In this document: positions 27,949 through 36,745 of the stretch, one piece after another | Layout of the letters: each line of letters starts with the position of its first letter | Numbering within the stretch: the stretch's first letter is position 1 | Source: an uncultured Bacteroidota bacterium | Lineage (GTDB): Bacteria > Bacteroidota > Bacteroidia > Flavobacteriales > Schleiferiaceae | Reading direction: 5' to 3' | Assembly: GCA_913057235.1 (NCBI GenBank) | Contig: CAJXNI010000013.1 | Location: 10,005-74,004, forward strand | DNA: 64,000 bases | Notes under the pieces: model-generated | Seen by the model: the letters and a program-made list of their open reading frames with translations, nothing else | Told to the model about the DNA's origin: nothing | Database searches by the model: none | Position numbers and translations under genes: made by a program

Positions 27949-28496
27949 GCTTCTTCTTTTGCTTCGTTCATTTTTATCAGGGCAAAGGCTGCATAGTTCA
28001 CCATATCAAAATAATTGGCATCCAAACCTTCACTGGCCAAGGTCTTACCCGCATTGTCTTCAATTTGTTTAATCCGTAAGAGCTTTTGTAAAATCAAGTC
28101 GGTCAAGGAGCTTAAGCGCATTTCGCGCCAAGCCTCACCGTAATCATGGTTTTTTCTGAGCATCAAATCTTTGGCCATTTGGGCTTGCTGCCGGTATTTT
28201 TCCAGGGCTTTTTCCGGAGAAAGGTCGGGTTGCTCAGCCACCCCCATTTCCAATTGAATCAGGGCCATTAATGAATAGTTGATGATGCCAATGTATTCAC
28301 CGTCCAGGGCATCGTCTACCAATTGTTTGCCCTTGTCTTCTATGCTTCGCAAGCGCTGGGCCTTAATAAAGATTTGGTCGGTTAAGGAGGGTAGACGCAA
28401 AACGCGCCAGGCGGCCCCATAATCGTGCATTTTTTTTTCAAAGAGGTTGTTGCACAATTCTAGTACTTTATTGTACTGCTGTAGTGTATTGCTCAT
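27945..28496 (-). CDS. DUF1599 domain protein (tandem DUF1599 repeats)
   Basis: Two repeats of the HDYGxAWRxxRLxSLTDxIxxKxxRxxxIE pattern (MHDYGAAWRVLRLPSLTDQIFIKAQRLRSIE and NHDYGEAWREMRLSSLTDLILQKLLRIKQIE). It is divergent from folP, an arrangement I recall as common in Bacteroidota. Confidence 0.8.
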   Translation of the reverse strand: MSNTLQQYNKVLELCNNLFEKKMHDYGAAWRVLRLPSLTDQIFIKAQRLRSIEDKGKQLVDDALDGEYIGIINYSLMALIQLEMGVAEQPDLSPEKALEKYRQQAQMAKDLMLRKNHDYGEAWREMRLSSLTDLILQKLLRIKQIEDNAGKTLASEGLDANYFDMVNYAAFALIKMNEAKEEA

Positions 28497-28518
28497 TTAA
28501 TAATTTAGCGCGCTTATC

Positions 28519-29385
28519 ATGAATTCAACAAGCGAAAATAACAGATTTTACGGCAATTTCAGCTTAAGTATCCGAGGAGAAATTTATCCGCTGCAGCGCC
28601 CCCAAATACTGGGTATACTAAATGTTAATGACCATTCTTTCTATGACGGAGGCCGCCACAACTCTGTAGACAAAGCAGTGGCGCATTGTGCTCAGCTTCT
28701 GGAAGAAGGGGCCGACTTTATTGACGTAGGCGCGGTGAGCACCAAGCCGGGCAGCGCGCTTATAAACGCAGAAGATGAATGGAAACAGCTACAACCCTTT
28801 TTAAAGGAGTTGGTGCAGAGCTTTCCCCAGGCACGGTTCTCAGTAGACACCTACAACTCGGCTGTGGCCGAAAAGGCCGTGAAAACAGGCGCGGTTCTCA
28901 TCAACGACATATCGGGCGGAACCCTGGATTCAAAAATGCCCGAAGTAATTGGCAAGTTAAAAGTACCTTACATCCTTATGCATTTAAAAGGCACCCCCGA
29001 AACCATGCAAAACAAGGCGCACTATGAAAATGTGGTCAAGGAAGTTGCCTATTACTTCAGCGTGCAATTAGACAAGTTTTACGCTCATGGTGCTAACGAC
29101 CTAATCCTGGATTTGGGTTTCGGATTTGGGAAAACCAGTTCGCATAATTTTGAACTGCTTAATTATCTGGCCTACTTCAAAACTTTTTTTGAACTACCCG
29201 TTCTGGCAGGCTTAAGCCGAAAATCGATGATTTACAAAAACCTGGACTGCAGCCCAGATGAAGCATTAAACGGAACCACAGTTCTCAACACTTTGGCTTT
29301 GCAACAAGGCGCAGATTTCTTGCGAGTGCACGATGTAAAGCCCGCCCGAGAAGCCATTAAATTAGTTACTTTAACCCAAAATTAG
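28519..29385 (+). CDS. folP: Dihydropteroate synthase
   Basis: GILNVNDHSFYDGG, DVGAVSTKPG, SVDT, INDISGG, GFGFGKT, GLSRKS and LRVHDV motifs. Confidence 0.92.
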   Translation: MNSTSENNRFYGNFSLSIRGEIYPLQRPQILGILNVNDHSFYDGGRHNSVDKAVAHCAQLLEEGADFIDVGAVSTKPGSALINAEDEWKQLQPFLKELVQSFPQARFSVDTYNSAVAEKAVKTGAVLINDISGGTLDSKMPEVIGKLKVPYILMHLKGTPETMQNKAHYENVVKEVAYYFSVQLDKFYAHGANDLILDLGFGFGKTSSHNFELLNYLAYFKTFFELPVLAGLSRKSMIYKNLDCSPDEALNGTTVLNTLALQQGADFLRVHDVKPAREAIKLVTLTQN

Positions 29386-29388
29386 CGC

Positions 29389-30162
29389 GTGTCATTACTG
29401 GACTTCTCCTTTCTGGATCTTTTAGACATTTTGCTGGTGGCCTTTCTGCTTTACCAGCTTTACCGCCTTATAAAAGATACGGTTGCTATAAACGTGCTCA
29501 TAGGCGTGGCCGCCATTTATGTGATTTGGAAGATTGTGCAGGCGCTGAACATGGAGCTGCTGGGTGAAATTTTAGGGCAGTTCATTGGCGTTGGGGTAAT
29601 TGCTCTGGTGATTGTGTTTCAGCAAGAAATTCGAAAGTTTTTATTGGTAATTGGCTCTACTAACTTTACCAAAAGACGCAAATTTTTGCGTCAGTTACGC
29701 TGGTTGCGCGATGAAGAGACCGAACTGGAACTTGATGAAATTATTCAGGCCGTAGAGCACATGAGTCGTCAAAAAATGGGCGCCCTCATGGTTATTGAAC
29801 GCGAAAGTAAATTGGGTTTTTACCGCGATACAGGTACTGAAATACAAGCCAAATTAAGCGCTCGGTTACTGGAAAGTATTTTTAATAAATACTCCCCTTT
29901 GCATGATGGTGCCGTGCTAATAAGCGGTGACAAAATTGTGGCTGCCAGTTGCATACTCCCCATTACTGACAAAACCGCCCTGCCCAGCCGTTTTGGGCTT
30001 CGCCACCGGGCCGCCATTGGCGTAGCTGAAAAGACCAATGCTTTAGCCTTAGTGGTTTCTGAGGAAACCGGTGACATCAGCATTGCTGATGATGATGAAT
30101 TCTTGAACAAGGTGGAAATAGCACGCCTAAAGGAAATTCTGGTGAGCCGCCTTTCAGTCTAA
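29389..30162 (+). CDS. cdaA: Diadenylate cyclase (membrane-anchored, CdaA/DacA type)
   Basis: Three N-terminal TM helices and a DAC domain with HDGAVLI (DGA) and GLRHRAAIGV (RHR) motifs, plus LALVVSEETGDISI. GTG start 3 nt after folP. Confidence 0.9.
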   Translation: MSLLDFSFLDLLDILLVAFLLYQLYRLIKDTVAINVLIGVAAIYVIWKIVQALNMELLGEILGQFIGVGVIALVIVFQQEIRKFLLVIGSTNFTKRRKFLRQLRWLRDEETELELDEIIQAVEHMSRQKMGALMVIERESKLGFYRDTGTEIQAKLSARLLESIFNKYSPLHDGAVLISGDKIVAASCILPITDKTALPSRFGLRHRAAIGVAEKTNALALVVSEETGDISIADDDEFLNKVEIARLKEILVSRLSV

Positions 30163-30257
30163 AGAGTCTAGAACAAATGCAGTTCACCTATTAAACACCT
30201 GTAATACAAAATTTTGAACCCTACAGTCTGCTAGGCTAAAACGGGTTTTCTTGATTA

Positions 30258-30287
30258 TTTGACACCCGGTTAGTTTTAGTACATTTG
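30258..30287 (+). promoter_or_regulatory. Candidate Bacteroidota promoter (TTTG-N18-TACATTTG)
   Basis: TACATTTG (30280-30287) fits the -7 consensus TAnnTTTG, and TTTG lies at 30258-30261. It is about 75 nt upstream of the receiver-domain gene. Confidence 0.35.
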
Positions 30288-30360
30288 CACTAAGTGTAAA
30301 AAGTACAATTAGTATTCAGTTAACTTTTACACAACATTTATTGACTAGATTACTTATACC

Positions 30361-30756
30361 TTGCACATGACTCTGGATTTTCCTGTAAAAAAAAGACAAT
30401 TGTTAGAAGAAAAAGAAGTACTGCTTATTGGCGTAGATGAGGTAGATCAGATGCTGCTTAAATACATGATTGAAGAGCAAGGGGCTGCTTTACACATTGA
30501 AAATAAAACCGATGACGCCATCAAGCGTATTAAGGAGCGGAAGTATGACTTACTGCTCATTAACATGCGCTTGGAGCGTTTGAACACCCTGGACTTAGTA
30601 AGTAAAATGCGTCAAGAGCGCGAGATTAGAGTTCCTGTTATTGGTATTACTTCAAATGACATGAATGGCCGTGCTTTGCACCACGGTTTTGACGCCATTA
30701 TTCAAAGGCCAATTGAGAAGCATAAGTTAATGCGGGCTTTGCAGCAAATTCGCTAG
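30361..30756 (+). CDS. Stand-alone response-regulator receiver-like domain lacking the canonical phospho-acceptor Asp (pseudo-receiver)
   Basis: CheY-like layout: LLIGVDEVD (acidic pocket), YDLLLINMRLERLNTLDL (Asn where the phospho-acceptor Asp is expected), VIGITSN (conserved Thr) and AIIQRPI (Arg where Lys is expected). The track start is TTG, with an ATG at 30367. Confidence 0.7.
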   Translation: MHMTLDFPVKKRQLLEEKEVLLIGVDEVDQMLLKYMIEEQGAALHIENKTDDAIKRIKERKYDLLLINMRLERLNTLDLVSKMRQEREIRVPVIGITSNDMNGRALHHGFDAIIQRPIEKHKLMRALQQIR

Positions 30757-32929
30757 ACCAGCGCGTGTAAGTTTGTTGCGGTAATTTTAGAATTTCAATC
30801 AGCGCTACTTCTTTTTCCTGCGCATATGCCCGCCATAACTCTAATACATCCGTTTCTGTAGTGGCTATTATAATGGCCTTTGCCGGTGGCGGTAATTTTT
30901 CATCGGGTTTACCCCGATGAACGAGCCAAAAATCTGAGGTAACTACCGAAGGAAAAGTAGTTAAAATTTCTCCTTGGCTGAAGAGTAGCTGGGGCTCCTG
31001 GTTGGCATGCGCTGGATTCAAATCTGCGTTTAACCATTCTACCCGCTCTACCGCCTTTAGGTTTTGAGCCCACCAGTGATGCTTCACGTGAAAAGTAAGA
31101 GCATCTTCATCTTGCAAAAGCTTGCGGGGAGCCAGTAAAATCCCTTTTCCCTCACCATAAATTCCCCAGGCCAGGCCAGCGTTAGTTTGGTATAAGGTGA
31201 TGCGTTGAGTATTATTCCATTTGTAGTTCTCTACAAATTGCCAAGCCACCAAAAATAGTAGAACCCATAATGCTCCTTGTATACGCCAGCGTTTGCCGCT
31301 ATTGAGCCAATGACATCCCAAAACTATCATCACGTATAACAATCCAAGTTCCAGTTGGCTAATGGTTATACCAGATATGAGATACCCCTGCTGTTCTACA
31401 AAATTAACCGAGGCATTGAGTAGCCGTAGCAAAAGGTCAAATCCTGCTACCAGCAGTTCGCTAAGGCCGTCATGCCAAGCTAAAGGCTCTAGGTCACTAA
31501 AAAGCCCCGGCTTGTTTTGCCATAATTGATCAAAGGGCGCTAATTCAGACCGGCTTTGCCAATGCATAGAAATGGCTCCCAAGGCTGTAAACACCAACAA
31601 TCCAATACCATAGTACATAAGAATACTCACCAGGGGTATTACTAAAATATTAGAGATTAAAAAGAGTGCGGGAAACTGATGAAAATAATATAAACCTAAA
31701 GGAAACGTGGCCAGCTGAGCTGCAATAGACACGGTGGTTATGGCCCAAAGCCCTCTTAAAAGCCGTGTGGGTAAAGCGGGTAGCAAGCGTTCCATACGAG
31801 GCTGTAGCCAAACAATACCAAAAACTGCTGCATAGCTCAATTGAAAACCTACTTCAAATAGATAGGTAGGCTTAATCAATAAGAGAAAAAAAGCCGAAAC
31901 TACAATGGTATTGTAAATTGAGGTATGCCGGTTAAACAGCTGCCCTACCGCCACAAAACTAAACATAGTAGCCGCCCGCACCACTGAGGCAGACAAACCG
32001 GTTAGCAGCGCATAGCCCCAAAGGAATACAATTAGTAAAAGCAGTTTTAACCCCCTACGCCAGGCTTTACCCTGCAAGAAAAAAAGGGCTTTGTTCAGCA
32101 TTAAATAGATAATACCCACGTGCAAACCACTAACTGCCAGCACATGCATGGCTCCGGCCGATGAATAGGCCTTCATTAATTCTTGATCTATATCTTCTCT
32201 AAAACCCAACAGTAGAGCTTTAGAAACAGCGGTTTCACGCTCTCTTAAGCGCCATTGATTAATTTTCTCAAGGAAAAAATCTTGCCATTGGTGTGAAAAC
32301 CTGATGAGACTGAAACCGCTTTGCGAAGTAGATATCCACCAGCGGCTACTATCGGCATAAGCCTGCCAGGCTATACCTTTTAAATTGAGGTAGTTCTTGT
32401 AATCAAATTCGTAAGGGTTGCCTGGGGGCTCCAATTCATTTAGCCGGGTATTTAGCCAAATTCTATCACCAAACTTTAAGCTCCGGGCTTCCACAGACTT
32501 TTGGAGATAAACCATCAGTTTTGCCTCTGCCTTTTTGAAATTGCCTTCAGGGCTTTTGTCTAAGTAACCCAAAACCTGAGCCTGTAGGCCTATGCTGCGT
32601 TCCTTATCTTGCGGTTTAGACTCTACCTCTACTAAAAAGTACTGATGGTTACCATTTGCCAGAGACTGCTTGCTAAAATGGTTTAAGTATAAGGCGCTGC
32701 TCAGCAAGCCCAGGCCAAAAAACAAAAGCAAAAAAGAGGCACCCACCCAACGCGGAAATAGCAGCCAGGAGATCCGGGATTTTAAAAAATGAGCCAGCAC
32801 CCAGCCCGCTAAGGCAAATAGCATGGGTATGAAAGCGTACCAGGGCTCAGGGTGGAAGAAATTGTAGAGCATCACCCCTGTGACGTACGCCAATAGCAAC
32901 TTAAATATTGGATAGCGGCTCCAGAACAA
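30698..32929 (-). CDS. comEC: ComEC/Rec2-family DNA internalisation channel protein
   Basis: Polytopic membrane protein with the competence-domain signature SSAGAMHVLAVSGLHVGIIY. Its 3' end overlaps the convergent receiver gene by 59 nt. Confidence 0.8.
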   Translation of the reverse strand: MFWSRYPIFKLLLAYVTGVMLYNFFHPEPWYAFIPMLFALAGWVLAHFLKSRISWLLFPRWVGASFLLLFFGLGLLSSALYLNHFSKQSLANGNHQYFLVEVESKPQDKERSIGLQAQVLGYLDKSPEGNFKKAEAKLMVYLQKSVEARSLKFGDRIWLNTRLNELEPPGNPYEFDYKNYLNLKGIAWQAYADSSRWWISTSQSGFSLIRFSHQWQDFFLEKINQWRLRERETAVSKALLLGFREDIDQELMKAYSSAGAMHVLAVSGLHVGIIYLMLNKALFFLQGKAWRRGLKLLLLIVFLWGYALLTGLSASVVRAATMFSFVAVGQLFNRHTSIYNTIVVSAFFLLLIKPTYLFEVGFQLSYAAVFGIVWLQPRMERLLPALPTRLLRGLWAITTVSIAAQLATFPLGLYYFHQFPALFLISNILVIPLVSILMYYGIGLLVFTALGAISMHWQSRSELAPFDQLWQNKPGLFSDLEPLAWHDGLSELLVAGFDLLLRLLNASVNFVEQQGYLISGITISQLELGLLYVMIVLGCHWLNSGKRWRIQGALWVLLFLVAWQFVENYKWNNTQRITLYQTNAGLAWGIYGEGKGILLAPRKLLQDEDALTFHVKHHWWAQNLKAVERVEWLNADLNPAHANQEPQLLFSQGEILTTFPSVVTSDFWLVHRGKPDEKLPPPAKAIIIATTETDVLELWRAYAQEKEVALIEILKLPQQTYTRWSSEFAAKPALTYASQLAFE

Positions 32930-33046
32930 GATTAAAGGTTTAGAGTCTAAAGCTACATAAAAAATAAATTTAACGGAGGCAGAATGAGGTACTTAAGCCC
33001 TTAAATGAAAAACACTCGTAGTGGCTTGGCTGTGATGACTATTACT

Positions 33047-35260
33047 TTACTGGCTTACTCTAAAGACTAAACCTTTCTCAGGATGCCCATAGCCTTTTAA
33101 ATAGTATAGGCCGGCCGGGAGCTCTAAGAGGTTTTTGTTGTGGCCGCTAAAGAGCCCATGCCAAACCTGCTGGCCGCTGGAATTATAAATGGCTATTTCT
33201 CTTTGAGTAGCGGCAGAGTTCTCAACCCAGAATGCTCCTTGGCTAGGATTGGGATAAACCGAAATAAGACCTTCTGTAAATTCTTCAAGGCCTAAGCTGG
33301 GGTCTACAAAAACACGCATGCTGTCAGCGTTGGTGCACCTCCAATTATTTACTGCTTGAACCCAGTAAGTCAGCCATTGCCGGGCAGGCAGTGCCGCGGC
33401 ATCTATGGTTAGGCTTGCTGAATTTTGGCCGGTTGACCACTGAACATTACTAAAGCTCGGCCCCACTTGATAGGTAATCTTTTGGGTAGGATTTAAAATA
33501 AGGGTGTCTGGTAAAACTGTGAGCGTATTGGGGCGCACCACTGCCTGCAAAAAAGTATCTGCCTGGCATTGCCCATCGGGTTTAAACCCATAGTGGTAAA
33601 AAATAGCCCCACTAAAAATCCGTGGAAAATAGGTGCTGGAAAACTGTCCGCCAATTCCCGTACCGCTCACAAGCTTAAGCTCTGGGGTATTGAAACTTTT
33701 TTCTTGTCCTTCATTGGCATATTGCAGGTTAGCGCCTGAAGGCATTTGCAGGTAAATACTAAAGGTATCAGCAGGCACCAGCGTTTGAGGTGAAAAACGA
33801 GCCGTGGCAAAGGATTCATTACGAGGGGCATGGATACTATCTGCACCCCAATAAGTCCAGGCACTGGCATTGGTTTCAAAACCCTTGTAGTCTCCTAAAA
33901 GGTAGTAAGCCTGTAGGTTATAAGTTCCCGCGTTTTGTAATTTTAGTTCTAAACTATCTAGGGTTAGTGTGTCTGCGGCCACTAAAGCAAACATGATACC
34001 CCGCCAATTCACATTAGTACTTTCCAAGGTTTTAAGGCGCCCTTTAAAATGAAAAGGGCCGGTACTCACTTGGGCCCTATACCAGGTAGCTGAATCTAAA
34101 CTGTCAACTTCTAGGGTGTCTCCGTATTGAATAAAGCCACCTTGGGCATCAAACCAACGCGTAGTATCTGCACCCGTAGCCATTAATAGTGCCAATTCAT
34201 TTTTGCAAACCGTATCATTGGTTGCCAATGGCGTGGGTAAAGCCGGAGTTTGAAATGAGAAGGCGGCTGAGTCATTGATTTGCAAGCTATCTCCCTGGGT
34301 GAAAATTTTAACCGAAACGCTAAAACTACCCCCCAGGCTCGTATTCAGGGAAACCTTACTAAAAGTGTCTAAGCAGGTACTAATACCACCGTAGAGGGTA
34401 TCCCAGTAGGTTATTGTGGCTGTGGCCGATGTTAACTGCCAGCGAATGGGAAGCGCATATTGGGTGGCTAGACCCAGGTTGGATATGCCTACCTGAAAGG
34501 TGTCACGTTTTTGGCCGCAGAATGTCTGTAGACGTTTAAGGTTGTAGAGGAATAAGTCGGGTTGAGGTAAAGTATTTACTAAATTGGGTAGTATATTTTT
34601 GGCCTGTACTCTCTGAAAAAGTATGCAATGCGCGGCATCATTGAGGTGTACCCCGTCTCCCGAATCATAGGCCGAATCAATTTGGTTCACGCTATCAGCT
34701 AAACCTGTCCAAAAATCAATGGCCTTAGTGCCAAAAATCTGAAGTACGCTGTCTCGCACTTGCATTTGCACCTGACGCTTTGAAATATTAAAGCTTCTTG
34801 GCTGAGTGGTACATACCCAAACCGGTATTCCTGCTGAGTCTGCGTGATTTACGATGGCCCTAAAATTGGTTAGTTGCTCTGCTACTGAAAAGCCCAAAGC
34901 AGCATCATTACTAGGCATGTTCACTATAATGCCATCGGCATTGAGCCGCAGAGCCTCACTTACATTGCGGGTGCTATTAGGTTGCGGGCGATTGGCAGGT
35001 GCGTTGCACCAATCAGGTAAGATGTGATAAGTGGTGGTGCCTCCCTGAGCAAGATTTGTGACCTGATTAGGCGGGTTTACAGCTTGGATATATTTTCGGT
35101 AACGATTCACCCAGGTAGAATCTGAACTACTGGGCCCCACCCCCGCTGCGGTGGAAGAACCTAATATCACTACATGAAAGGATTGCCCTATTAGACAAGG
35201 ATTCTGGGCCATTACATACAAAGGAACCAGTATTAGAAGGTAAAACAGAGCATGTTTCAT
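33047..35260 (-). CDS. Secreted SGNH/GDSL-family hydrolase with a T9SS C-terminal sorting domain
   Basis: Signal peptide, block I VVILGSSTAAGVG, block V DGVHLNDAAH (DxxH), and a C-terminal T9SS tail (ISVYPNPSQGAFWVEN...GLYYLKG). Confidence 0.75.
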   Translation of the reverse strand: MKHALFYLLILVPLYVMAQNPCLIGQSFHVVILGSSTAAGVGPSSSDSTWVNRYRKYIQAVNPPNQVTNLAQGGTTTYHILPDWCNAPANRPQPNSTRNVSEALRLNADGIIVNMPSNDAALGFSVAEQLTNFRAIVNHADSAGIPVWVCTTQPRSFNISKRQVQMQVRDSVLQIFGTKAIDFWTGLADSVNQIDSAYDSGDGVHLNDAAHCILFQRVQAKNILPNLVNTLPQPDLFLYNLKRLQTFCGQKRDTFQVGISNLGLATQYALPIRWQLTSATATITYWDTLYGGISTCLDTFSKVSLNTSLGGSFSVSVKIFTQGDSLQINDSAAFSFQTPALPTPLATNDTVCKNELALLMATGADTTRWFDAQGGFIQYGDTLEVDSLDSATWYRAQVSTGPFHFKGRLKTLESTNVNWRGIMFALVAADTLTLDSLELKLQNAGTYNLQAYYLLGDYKGFETNASAWTYWGADSIHAPRNESFATARFSPQTLVPADTFSIYLQMPSGANLQYANEGQEKSFNTPELKLVSGTGIGGQFSSTYFPRIFSGAIFYHYGFKPDGQCQADTFLQAVVRPNTLTVLPDTLILNPTQKITYQVGPSFSNVQWSTGQNSASLTIDAAALPARQWLTYWVQAVNNWRCTNADSMRVFVDPSLGLEEFTEGLISVYPNPSQGAFWVENSAATQREIAIYNSSGQQVWHGLFSGHNKNLLELPAGLYYLKGYGHPEKGLVFRVSQ

Positions 35261-35306
35261 AAGGCACTAAACTAACGTAAAAAAGCATTTTACCGGTGGC
35301 TCGTGC

Positions 35307-35660
35307 TTATTTAGCAAGTGCCACCTTTGCTGCCTCTACGGTTTTTGCCGCATTTCCCACAAAAATTTGATTGTTGAAAAGAAGAACTGGTCGTTTTAAA
35401 AAAGTGTATTCATTCAAAATCAGGGCGCGGTAATCACTTTCGCTCAGTACCTTAGTTTTTAGGCCCATGGTCTTGTATTTCTGGGCTCTTTTACTAAAAA
35501 GGGCTTCATAACTTCCCGCCAGTTCTGCCATTGAGTCGAGCTGCTCTGCAGAAATTGGCTCTGTTTTAATGTCTTGTTGCTCTATTGAGTCTGGTAATTC
35601 AAGTTCCTTTAGAATTCTTTTACAGGTGCTACAGGTAGCTAAAAGGTAAAACTTGCTCAT
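35307..35660 (-). CDS. ArsC/Spx-family (thioredoxin-fold) protein
   Basis: N-terminal YLLATCSTCKRILKEL and FLKRPVLL, characteristic of the ArsC/YffB family, with a length of 117 aa. ATGA overlap with the upstream GT61 gene. Confidence 0.7.
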   Translation of the reverse strand: MSKFYLLATCSTCKRILKELELPDSIEQQDIKTEPISAEQLDSMAELAGSYEALFSKRAQKYKTMGLKTKVLSESDYRALILNEYTFLKRPVLLFNNQIFVGNAAKTVEAAKVALAK

Positions 35661-36721
35661 CTCACAATTGGCTTTATAAGGTCATTTTTTCTTAGTTCAT
35701 TCAAAATTAAGGAGGCATCAGAAGTCATGTTACCTTGGTCATCTACTTTCTTGCAGAATAATGGCGTATACTTTAGCTCCAAGATTTCGGTCATTTTCTC
35801 GTAGTAATCATCTGCCTGCCCACTTTGATTCAACCTTAGTTCAATAAAATGCACCCAAGGTTGGCAATAGAGTAAATTTGTATTGCCCGCCCCATGAGGC
35901 GCTATAATAACTTCGGCCTTATGGAAAAGAGCAACTTGCTGATCTACATTCAACTGTGAGAGAACTATCTTTTCAAAACCAAAGGGTTCCAGGAAATTTA
36001 ACAACTCATGTTCATTCTTTATTTGACGGTTAGTAGCATCAGCTCTTGAAATTAAAACTCGTTTTGAAAAATCAGACTTACGAAAATCTTGAGAACAGGC
36101 CAGAGATTTTAAAATCCGGTTTCGGAAGGAATTCAGCAGCTGTTTATTATAGCGTAAAGCCGGCATTTCTGGTAGAACTACAAGCTCTTGTATCCTGTAA
36201 TTTGTAGAAACTTCAAGAAATTGGAAAGTATCTATCTCAAGTAGCTCCAGGTAGCGCTTTTGCCAAGGCTTGAGACCGCTCTTATTGAGTCCAGTAAAAA
36301 TAGGGGCCGAGAGGTTCAACCTTTCAAAGGCAGCGAAATAGAGGATTTGTTGCACTACAAAATGAAAGTAATTTCCTTTAAAGGGATGGTAAAGAAAGTT
36401 AACTGTCTTTATTTTTGATACCCTACTTAGTCGCAATTTCACCAGTAGGTAGCGCAAAAAGTACCGTATTTTTAAATCAGTAGCAGCCCAGCTTGGGTGG
36501 CCATAAAAATTGAGAACCAGTCCTTTTGGCTGAAACTTAAATAGGGCTGTTCCGATTAGAATAACATCCTTAACTAGAATCTTTTCATTTCCATTCTTAA
36601 TAATTTTGGCATCCATGCCATATTGATTGATCAAAAAGCGCCTTACAGTCTTCTTTATCTGTATCCACTTACGTTTAACTAATCGCTTCAAGAAGGCCAT
36701 TAAAATTTGGTCAAGAATCAA
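35657..36721 (-). CDS. Glycosyltransferase family 61-like (DUF563) protein
   Basis: The IIAPHGAGNTNLLYC motif matches the GxHGAGLTN signature of DUF563/GT61. The start may instead be the internal Met (MDAKIIKNG). Confidence 0.6.
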   Translation of the reverse strand: MILDQILMAFLKRLVKRKWIQIKKTVRRFLINQYGMDAKIIKNGNEKILVKDVILIGTALFKFQPKGLVLNFYGHPSWAATDLKIRYFLRYLLVKLRLSRVSKIKTVNFLYHPFKGNYFHFVVQQILYFAAFERLNLSAPIFTGLNKSGLKPWQKRYLELLEIDTFQFLEVSTNYRIQELVVLPEMPALRYNKQLLNSFRNRILKSLACSQDFRKSDFSKRVLISRADATNRQIKNEHELLNFLEPFGFEKIVLSQLNVDQQVALFHKAEVIIAPHGAGNTNLLYCQPWVHFIELRLNQSGQADDYYEKMTEILELKYTPLFCKKVDDQGNMTSDASLILNELRKNDLIKPIVR

Positions 36722-36745
36722 TTATCATGGCGGCTTTAAGCCAGT

